Shown here: positions 25,050-35,000 of the stretch, piece by piece
How positions within the stretch are numbered: position 1 is the stretch's first letter
Layout of the letters: each line of letters starts with the position of its first letter
Source of the DNA: Monocercomonoides exilis PA203
Lineage: Eukaryota; Protista; Preaxostyla
Assembly (NCBI GenBank): GCA_001643675.2
Contig: LSRY02000030.1
Coordinates: 310,001 to 374,000 of the forward strand
Reading direction: 5' to 3'
Length of the DNA stretch: 64,000 nt
Translations under genes and position numbers: made by a program
Notes under the pieces: generated by a model
What the model saw: only the letters and a program-made list of their open reading frames with translations
Databases searched by the model: none
What the model was told of the DNA's origin: nothing

Positions 25050-25717
25050 TGATTATAATGATGAGAAAATGGTTGTTTGAAGTGTTTGAAGTTTTGCTTT
25101 TACCTCTTCTTCATTTTCCTTGCTGCTCAATCGAAATCAATTGGATTGGATCGCCAGTTATCCATAAAACAAATGAACATCAGCTTTACAGTAACATATT
25201 AGAAGAAAAAGTCAAGGAATATGAGGCATTTTCTGCCTGTTGACGAAATTGAGGATGAATGTGGAAGAAAGTGGCCGATGATGTTAAAAGGCATATTTTT
25301 TGAGAAACAATTGAAGAAGAAGAATGAACACTTCAACAGCAAAAATATCTTCTTCGATTGCTTTTCTTTAAAATACTGCCACATCATCAAATATGATGAT
25401 TAATCCTCATTTATAACTTTCTTTCCTCTTTCAGGCGGTGTTGATGAATGTTGGCTTATTAAATCTGAAATCAATAAATCCGCTTTGGTGGCTTCCTCTT
25501 TCTTTTTAAAGACATCATCATCATTTCTATTTGCTTTTCTCCTCTTCATTTGTTTCTTTTAAAAATAGCTTCCAATCTGGTTTAGCCCTATTGCCTGCTT
25601 TTCCTCCACAACATTCCCCTCTTTCCCATTGTTATTTCTCTTCTCTCCTTTTGTATTTCCTCATTCTTCACAGCTTTTCTGCCTTTCTGCCTTTTCCTCA
25701 AAATGACATCTTCAAAA
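25050..25717 (-). repeat. Dispersed repeat copy B, ending ~25 bp before the retrotransposon left terminus
   Basis: Reverse complement aligns with 8988-9650 (e.g. tttgaagatgtcattttgaggaaaaggcagaaag vs tttgaagatggcgttttgaggaaaaggcagaaag). Ends approximate. Confidence 0.85.
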
Positions 25718-25741
25718 AGTTCGCAATAGAGCGAAAATACG

Positions 25742-25776
25742 AACGCAAGGAGCAGGTTTGCTCCTCGATAATGAGT
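25742..25776 (+). repeat. Left inverted terminal repeat with internal hairpin
   Basis: aacgcaaggagcaggtttgctcctcgataatgagt; internal stem aggagca-ggtt-tgctcct at 25748-25765. Confidence 0.9.
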
Positions 25777-27439
25777 ATTGTTCACGATTTATGGGTGGTT
25801 TAAGATCTAACATCTCCAATACTCAATTTCAAAGAAAATCTTTATTGTCCACAATTAAAACAAAGCAGCGACCGGTTTTGAAAAAATACAGAGACAGCGA
25901 TGGAAAAGAATTAGATCTTTTTTTGGAACTGGAAAGAGTGGAAAATATTATTGAAGAACTAACCAAGATCTGAGCATGTAAGACATCATCCGGAATTGTA
26001 GATAGTGTACAGCTGATAGAGTTGAACAGAGAGTCGCGTTGAATAAAGAGATAATATCGAGAACAGAAGCTGCAAAACAGAAAACTGGAATTATTAAAAT
26101 CGTGAGATATTTATGCAAAATAAAGGAAAATGAGCCACACATAGCCGCGAGACATAGAATAATTTAGAAATCGCTGGATGTTGTGAGATTAAAAGAAGAT
26201 AGATCCACAAGTTGCAGAGAGATTTTAATTGAGAAAGAATCTTCTTTCAAAAATAATATAATTAATAGAAATGAAGCTGTGCATATTCAAGAGATAGTTA
26301 CAAAGAATGAAATAACAAAGAGACGAAAGTATTTATGCAGACTGAAAAGGATAAAGTGCCGCTTATTGTGGCGAGATAGCTATAAAGAGAGGATCTTCTA
26401 AATACCGAAAGAAGATAATAAGTGTAATGAGGAGCGCAGTTCCGTGAGATATGGATAAACTCAGCAACAAAACATATTCAGTTATATATCGCAAGCTTTT
26501 TTGTGAAGATCGATATACACACTGCAGCGAGATTTTAATAGAAGGATAAATTTGTTGCAGTTTGAAGATAATCAATTGAAATGAAGCTGTGTATATTCAA
26601 GAGATAGTTGCTTAGAATCAAACCACGTTAAATCTCGAGATTATAAGAAAAGAAAAAGCGAAGAGAGAAAACAAAGCCGTGCTCTGCCGCGAGGCCAAGA
26701 GAGGAGAGAGAGAAGAGAGAAAATATAGAAACACAATTTAATTGAGATTATTAGGAAGAGAAAACTCAGCTAATTAAACCAACTTTAGCAAAGGAAATAT
26801 AGACAAACTGTGTTACGAAACAGCACGACAAACAGAAACGATGAAATATAATTGATTGATAATAAGAAAAGTTACAATGTTTATATACGAAGATATTCAC
26901 AAATATGAAACCGCGAAAAATAACGAGACTGAGAGAAAAAAGATAGCCGTGACATGAAGCGAGATTATTGTATAGAGAGAAACCGCTTTCTATTGAAAGA
27001 GTTTGAATGTAGAGAAAGCAGAGGTTACTGCGAGATAAGGATAGAGAGAGAAATGGAAAGAAATAACGAACGGATAATACAACAAGAAGGAGCGCATTAT
27101 CACGAGATAGGTGCAGATATAGAAACCGCTAAATATCGTGAGAAAATCGAAGAAAAACCGCGTAAAATCGCGAGTGGAAGATAGAGCAAGAGACCGCGGA
27201 AGACTCTAAGACGAAGATATAGAAAGAAGTCTCACAGCACGGCGTGAAGAATATAGAGGAAGGCTCCTCATGTTTCTGCAAAATGAGAACGAAGAATAAG
27301 ACAATACGCGAGAAGGAAATCAAGAGAGGAATAAAGCAAGCTTCTAGGATTGTTATCGAGTTCCTTAATGGAAACTATCAGAGTGGGGAGTTGAATAGAT
27401 CTATTGAAGATTTTCACGAAGGAGCAATTGCTTCAACCT

Positions 27440-29186
27440 TTCTAAGGAGGAAATGAAAAACGGAGTGGTGAAGCCCGTGCCAGAGTCGGAGGTGAAGTGG
27501 TTCAATCCGATATTCATGGTTCGAAAGAAGAACGGAAAGTGGAGGAAGATCCTGGATTGCAGGGGTCTAAACGAGGAAGTGTAGAAAAAGCACTTCAAGA
27601 AGGATTCCCAGGAGACAGTGATGGAATTCCTAGAGAAGAACGATTGGATGACCACTTTGGATATATCGAGTGCATGCAAACATGTCAAAGTGGACGAGCA
27701 ATTCAGTCCCTATCTGTGCTTCAGCTTTCAAAGTCAATGTTACGCTTACGTAGGGATGCCATTTGGGGCAAAGGATGCGCCCAGAGTTTTCACGAAGTTA
27801 ATGAGACGGGCGGCATCATATATAAGAGAAAAGTGGAAAGTGAAGCTAGTAATTTATCTGGACGACATTCTCCTCATGCACCCAGACAGGGATGCATTGA
27901 GATCGATCTCACAGGAGATAGCCCAGTTCCTGAGAAGTGTGGGCTGGATACTGTCGGAAGAGAAGTTGAAGTTGGAACCCGCAAGGAGCGTGGAGTTTCT
28001 GAGATGGTTGTGGAATTCAGAGGAGATGGATGTGTCACTCCAGGAGAGGAAGAGAGTGCTGCTGCTGGAGGATGTGCAAACCTGGATTGTATACGCAAAG
28101 AAAAGGAAGAGACAAAAGACAAGAGACTTAGCAGCACCCCTCGGGAGGCTGAACTTCGTGAGGTCACAACACCCACCAGCGAGCTTGTGGATGAAGCGCA
28201 TGCAATACATACTGAGGCAGGCAATAGCCCGCGGAGGCTGGAAAGGAACGGTGATAGCCAACCCAATGATGCTGGGAGAATTAACACATTGGAGAATGAT
28301 CCTGCAAGAGAACAGACCAAGGAGTCAGAAGAGAATGAACAGATTAGCAGAACTAACAACATATGCGTCAAAGCTGGGTTGGGGCGCAGTGTAAACAATA
28401 CTGGAAGAGAACAAAGAAGAGAAGATCAATGTCCACAGAAGTTGGACACTCCAGGAGAGTGCATTAGCGATTAACGAGAAGGAATCCAGAGCAGTGTTGA
28501 GGACACTAGAGAGAAAGTGAGCATGGCTGCAACAGCAGAAGATAGACCATATTCGTCTGAAGACAGACAACATGTCCACTAGATGGACGATTCATAAGAA
28601 GAGGGGAGCTTCATCGCTCATTCCAACACTGAGAGCATTGGAGAAGAAACTAAACATTCTGGACCTTACAATACAAACGGAACACCTCCCTGGAGAACAG
28701 AACACGGAAGCAGATGCACTCAACCGGATGGCGAAAAAGCCGGATTATGCACTGAAGGGGGAGAAAGTCGCAGAGATATTACAAACAATCGCACAGAGAA
28801 CACTAGATACAATCTTAGAACCGATTGCGCCGGTGCCCTGCGGAAGGAATTGGAGACTATCCTCTCTGAGAGGGAGGAGAGAGAGAGGAATGCAAGGAAA
28901 CGAGATTGTACTAGTCCATCCGTTCCTGAGAAACATCGGACGGACCCTGAAAAAGAAGATGAAGGAAGCCCAGAGGGAACTAACGATTCTGATTCTGCTA
29001 GCCTGGCGGGGGCAGACCTGGACCCCGCTACTGCAGCCTGGGCATTCGATAAAGACCCTGGGGACCTTTCAGGAGTGCATGATACCGGGAGCGAAGATGA
29101 GAAGGGAAGGCTGGAAGCTACCCCCAGGAGAGGTAATAAGCGTAATTCTGGAGAGGAAAATACTCCAGGAAGGGACCTCTTCTTGA
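27440..29186 (+). pseudogene. DIRS-type pol: reverse transcriptase - RNase H - degenerate adenine-methyltransferase-like domain, with in-frame stops
   Basis: One frame reads EEMKNGVVKPV..WFNPIFMVRKKNGKWRKILDCRGLN, LDISSACKH, GMPFGAKDAPRVFTKLM, VIYLDDILL, then RNase H TTYASKLGWGAV (catalytic D to Y), INEKESRA, KTDN, HLPGEQNTEADALNR, then VLVHPF..ILILLAWRGQTWTPLL. Stops at 27582, 28392, 28518. 5' boundary approximate. Confidence 0.9.
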
Positions 29187-30145
29187 CATGGGGAGAAGAC
29201 GTTGGAGCAAAAGACATAGCTGCAGCGATACTGAGAAATCAAAAGAGTGAAAGATATACGTGGAGAGCGCTACGAAGATTCAAGCAATTCCAGGACAGAG
29301 AAAGCATGGATGACACCGAACCTTTCACAACCAAAGATGCCAAATGGATTATGGCAGAGTTCACTGAAACACTTTCAAATACAAACCTGTCTAGTGGAGT
29401 GATTCATCAGACAGTACGGAAAGTTCAGGATTCTATTAACCTTTTTAGGGAGACTAAGATTGATCGAAAGGACATAAAAATATTTCAAAAGACTAATGTG
29501 GGAGAAAAGCCGAGAAAGGGCAAACGGTACAAGATGATGTGGGATCTCACAATTATCACAAAATGGGCAAAAGCCACCTACGACTCAAAGGATACACGAA
29601 CACTCCAGAGGAGAGCCTTCATTCTCATAATGATTTTAGGAGCGTTAAGGTCAGATTAGCTTGAGAGAATGAGAAGAGAGACAAACATATTAAAAGATAA
29701 TATAATACTAACACATGAACGAACCAAGACATGTGGAGGTGAGGTTATCAAAGTTATAATAAATAAACATCCAAACCCACGTATAGATGCTGTTGCAGCG
29801 CTCCAATGTTGGATGGTGTGCACAAAGACAACTTTTCAGAATGAACATGTGTGGTTCGACATAGAATGGAGAAGAACTGCTAATTTGCAGATAATCAAAG
29901 AAGAATTAGTGGCTGTCCTGAGAGAGAACGGAATACCCGACACATTGACCACACACTCGATAAGACACACTGTGATAACACACTTAGCTAGACAACAAGA
30001 CGCAGATTGGAAAGCAATCAATGCTTATGCGAGATGGGCGCCAGGTTCTTGAGTAGCCCAGAAGTATTACACAGTGCTTTCGGTTCAAGACACAAATTGG
30101 ATCCTGGAGACAATCAGCGGAACAGCACCCCATGCAGGAAAGTGA
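28850..30145 (+). pseudogene. Tyrosine recombinase (DIRS-type integrase) with two in-frame stops
   Basis: One frame reads YKMMWDL, ILIMILGALRSD* (R), IDAVAALQCWM, TTHSIRHTVITHLA (HxxR), YARWAPGS*VAQKYY (W and catalytic Y). Stops at 29657 and 30050; frame ends at TGA 30143-30145. Confidence 0.85.
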
Positions 30146-30648
30146 AACAAGTCAGAGAAGGATAGAGAAAGGAAGGATATAAGAAATGAGAATACATAAT
30201 CAGGAATAAAGGAATATACAGGAGAAAGTGCACAAGATGGGGGAGAAGTGTATATGAGCAAGAGGAAGAAATCGAAGAAACGATATCCTATTCGAAATAA
30301 GAGTTTACGGAATGAGAGTGATATAGCTCAACTTCCCAAAGGTGAAGAGACGCCCCCCATAATTCCCCGCTGCATTATGGAGTTGACGGAGAACAGACAT
30401 ACTGCCTCACAGAAGAAGTTTGAATCTGATTGGAGGAGAAGCGGAGAGAGAAGCATAGGACAAATTGTCAGGCCCGCTCAAGTGTCGAAGACCAGATCAG
30501 GAACACCCCGAAAACGTTCCAAGAATTGGAGGGAGTTGAGACAAGGGACGCACATTCATCCGCAGTCCCTCTGTTCATCCGCCGCACGATATTGTGCTAG
30601 GCAGGAGGGTTTAAGATCACTATAGCAGAAATAGAGAGGGATTTCAGA

Positions 30649-30683
30649 ACTCATTATCAAGGAGCAAACCTGCTCCTTGCGTT
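30649..30683 (-). repeat. Right inverted terminal repeat with internal hairpin
   Basis: actcattatcaaggagcaaacctgctccttgcgtt; perfect 9-bp stem caaggagca-aacc-tgctccttg at 30658-30679. Confidence 0.9.
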
Positions 30684-30874
30684 TGTTGATTAGCTTTATT
30701 GTGAATCCCTCAATTTTTCAACTGCTGATGTAATTCAAATAATAGGAGGATCAATCAAAAAAGAAATGACAAAATCAATTCATCCATTAATGCTTTCAAT
30801 GCGTAATCCAAAGATTAATAATTTTTCCTTGTTGAAGATTTGCAGATGTCCATTCTCTCGAGCTCAGTTTATTC

Positions 30875-30925
<51 letters not shown>

Positions 30926-32089
30926 AGAAAAAAGAAAAAAGAAAAAAACCAAATACAAGCAGATGAATTTATTTGTAAAGATGGATAAGATTTCAATTCC
31001 ATGTTGCTAGAAGAAATGAAGATGATGATGAATTTTCAAATCCAATGACGCTTATCATTAGCTGAATAACTGTAACCTTATTTGTTCCATTCTGAACCAA
31101 CATTTAGTTAATCTGAATTATGCTCATCTTGCATTGTTTGTATAAGAATGGATTCACTAATTATTTCTAAATATTGTGAGAAACATATAACTTTGAGAAA
31201 ATCATTGAACAATAAATTGAGTTTAATTATGAAATGACGTTTAAATTTTCCGAATCTTTATTTTTGTCAGGACTGGTTGAAAACGGAAAAGAAGAGAAAG
31301 AGGAAAAGGGAATGGAGGTAAGTGCAACAATTACAGAGGGATAACAACAATTCAGTGCAGAGTGGAAGTGTTGTTGCAATTGGTTCATCAATGTGTCCTG
31401 CTCCTCAGTAAGATTTTTTATAATCTGTTTGTTTTGTTCTGCTGTTGCCTAAAAAATTGTTTATAGATAGTAATTTTATATTTGAAAAATAAAATGATTG
31501 ATACAATTTCTGGAAAATCTGTACGTCAATTATTTGTTTTTGAAAAACTATTTTTTTTTCAGTCGGAACATATTCAGCTCACTTCAAAGAAGATCCATTT
31601 TCTGTTGCTTAAGACAACTTTCTCTTCGTTTGTTGATATCGTTGTCTGGTTTTGGCATTCTGCAAATTGTTGAGCATTCTTCGGCTTCGTTGTTGCCTTG
31701 CCAATGGAGCTGCATGCATCGTCTGCCTGATCCGATTTATAAAATACACTCTAAGTTCTTCTTTCTCAATATTCATTGAAAAGAAAAGGAAACAAACTGA
31801 AGTGATGATGGGGAGCAAGCAAAACATAAGACACAAAGACTTTCATCCCAAACATAGCCAACTATCACATCGCTAACACATACAAACATACATATAAGCA
31901 TATAAACAAGAATTTTCAAAGAATAATTAAAGAATTAACAACAAAACAAAAACTCATAGAATTGAAAATCAGCTTAAAAAAAGATTCAAAAAGACACCAC
32001 AGCACTCTCAAGCAACAACAACAATATCATTTGTCCAATTATTTTTTCTGTTTATAAAATGCACCACATGGCTTGCCATCTTCTCTCGC

Positions 32090-35000
32090 TCACTGCACAA
32101 GAAGAACAATCCGACTGCTTCCTTCTGTTCCTTCTCCGTTTCCATTCCCACTTCCACAAGAGGGCTCCCTCTTGTTCCCATCTGCCGAATAGCAACACAG
32201 TGCATCCGTCATCGTCATTATCAACGACCCTGCCGGAAACCGCTGGATGAACTCTCTCTTCAGCTCAGTCAGGCTCCCCCGCTCTCTCCAATCCTGCGAC
32301 ACACACTTCTTCACCAGCCCCAGATAGCTCGACTGCTCCGCCTCTCCCATCCCTGGCCTCTCCCCATTCACAATCTTCTGCCCTGCCACTTCTCCTTCAT
32401 ACTCCCCAAACGGAATTTGAAGAGTCAAGCACTCCCACAACATCATCCCGATCGAAAACACAACTGACTCCTTCGTTGCCCCCATCTTCTTGTTGACCAG
32501 CAGCTCTGGCGCCATCCATCTCAAACACTCCTTCCTGTTGTATTCATCATCCTCAAACGCTGAAGAGGGCAGAGAATCATCATCATCATCATCATCACTG
32601 GCAGATGTCACAACGGTCGATGACGAGGTTGAGGATGAGTCTGAATCTGAAGAAAAGTCGGAGTGCATCACAATACAAATCACCATGTGCTCGGAGAACA
32701 GAACAATGTGAGGACTCAGAGTGGAGAGGGAAGACAATCCATTTTCCATCTCATCAAACGAGTGGAGAGCGAGATTGGCCACCCAGAACAGGATCTGTGC
32801 GGCTGTATGCTCCCTCTCCTGAAGAGTCCCAATAGGCATCTCCTTTGTCTTATTCCTTCCGTGCAACAACATGAACAGTGAATCCCTCAAGTCCACAATC
32901 AGCTTTTCATGAGGAGATGAACAGGCCATCGCATCCACCAGATTCGACATCGATGAAGTGGTCGGACACAGACTCTCCGGTCGAACAAATGTTGTGTCAG
33001 TATCTGAAGTGTCTGTGGTTGAAGTGGATGAAATAGATGGTGATGGAGTCTGCTTTCTTGTCTCTTCATCATCATCAACCTTCTCCAACATCCATTGAGG
33101 TATTTTGTCTGAATCTCTTCCCAAAATGTATTCAGTCGATCCACTCTCAGACAGAAGATGCTCAGATGATTCTGAATGTCCCAAGCTTTTCGCATACACC
33201 CTCTTCTTGATCCTTTCTTCATTCTTTTTCTCTGCCTCTTTCTCTGCTCTCCTCCACTGCTCTTCTGGCGACATCTCCATCGTCACCATCTCAAATGCCT
33301 TCGGATCTTTTCTGATGTTATCATTCACTATCTCTCTCAGATCTTTGTTTTCATTCTTTGCCTTTCTCCATCGAACAACAAACAAAATAAATCCAATCAG
33401 AACAATAAACAATACAACAACCAATAAAACAATTACAATCAATGTCCATGATGATTTTCCTTCTTTCTCTCCTTCAACAATTCTTTCATCTCCTTTTCCA
33501 ACACTTTCACTCCTGTTTTTCAAAACAAATGAGGTTGTGAAAGAGGGGTATTTGTGATTACCAAACGCTATCCTTGCACATACTTCTGTTTCAGCTGCTG
33601 TATCTGCAACAACAGACAAAGGCACTTTGCCATTCATCTCAGTCTCGTTCACATAACCTGACTCTTCAAACAAATAATGGTCGATAGCTTTCACATCATC
33701 AATCAGCGAAACAATATCGAAAGAGAGATTGCATGGAAGCAAAAGCGATCCTTTGAAAGTCAGCTCAACATAGCTTCCATTCTCTTCTGTTGCAACAAAA
33801 TCGAGAACTGGGATGAAAAATGATGATGCTCGCTCCTCCATGATTCCTCCAACATTGCATCCATCATTCAGAATCCACAACGATGTATCTGGCAAATATC
33901 CATCGCCTCCCTTCAGACTTGAAATATACAATTCACCTGCACGAGCACAAATCACATTCCTTCGAACTGATGGATATCCTTCAATAGAGGGGTTGTTGAG
34001 CACAAACTCACTTTCACTTATCGTCACATCCCCTCCAAATATCGTCATTCCTCCAAAATTGCCTTTCGAAATCGTTGTGTCTTCAAAAGTTCCTGAACTG
34101 TTGCACATATCCACCAATGATCCGTTCCAGTGACAAATCTCTCTTGATGAAGCCAATTCGTTGCAACCTGTCACAGCCTGCCCTTCAAAAACACATGAAT
34201 CAATTGAGATCGATGAAACACCAGAAAATGTTGCAAGCACCCCCTTTTCGACACTCGTTCGGCATTCTGAAAACGAACAATTTGCCATGCTGAAAGTGTG
34301 AGTGTGTGAGTTCATCATCAAAACAGATCCATTTGACCCTTCCATTGAGATGTTTTTGATTCCACACAGCGATAAAACAATATTTTCTTGAATGAATTGT
34401 CCGCTCACTGCATACGTATCATCGCAAAATAAAAGCACATCTCCTCTGCAAACAGTATTTTCAATTACCAATTCCTTTATCAGAACAGAATTTGGCTGAT
34501 CTCCGCTGAAACAAAAGCAACTCTTTGTGTCAATATGATTCAATCGAAGATCACTTATGCTCACTTGTGCATTTTCGCACTGAAATATTTTCTCACAAAT
34601 GATGTTCTCCATGCTGCAGTGCTCAACTGTGCAATTGCAGTTTGCCAATCTCATCACTTCTGAAATTGAACACGATCCAGCATCATCATCTGAGTGAAAG
34701 ATACACGAAGATATCACGATCGAGCCGCTGGACGAGCAGAGAAAAGCGTTGTGGCAGAATGAGCCTCTGGATGGAAACAAGAACTCCAAATAAGAAAGCT
34801 CCACGTGTTCCTTTGTTTGAAGAAAATACTCGCGTGATGCGCTTATTCTCGTGTCAAAGGATATCTTGGATGTGCTTCTCGAGCGAGATTGAACACTGAT
34901 CTCATCCAGATCCAGTTCTTTCTCAATAACACCCTCTCCATCGATCACCAACAGCACAATATCCTCAAACACCAGATGATCAAATCCATATCCAATGCTC

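Larger units (their letters stand above)
25742..30683 (+). mobile_element. Decayed DIRS-like tyrosine-recombinase retrotransposon (~4.9 kb) with short inverted termini
   Basis: 35-bp inverted repeats at 25742-25776 and 30649-30683 (34/35 match) enclose a degraded 5' region and RT (YLDD), RNase H, MT-like and tyrosine recombinase frames. The interior is purine-rich on + and less AT-rich than the flanks. No target-site duplication is visible, as expected for YR retroelements. Confidence 0.9.

Noticed and set aside
27582-30052. In-frame TAA/TAG/TGA in the retroelement as evidence of a non-standard genetic code
   Set aside because: All three stop types occur alongside a mutated catalytic residue. 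Host genes end in TAA/TGA and have multi-kb stop-free frames, so decay is the simpler explanation.
25742-30683. Reading the palindromic 35-bp repeat plus RT as a CRISPR, retron or DGR system
   Set aside because: Only two copies, inverted and 4.9 kb apart, with no spacer array. The RT-RNaseH-YR content and eukaryotic context fit a DIRS-type retrotransposon.
30875-30948. Poly-A/A-rich tract near the retroelement 3' end
   Set aside because: It lies about 190 bp outside the right ITR, and similar A/T tracts are common throughout the window. Not a retro-tail.
31000-31900. Short ORFs between the retroelement and the giant receptor
   Set aside because: No recognisable domain or consistent exon chain.
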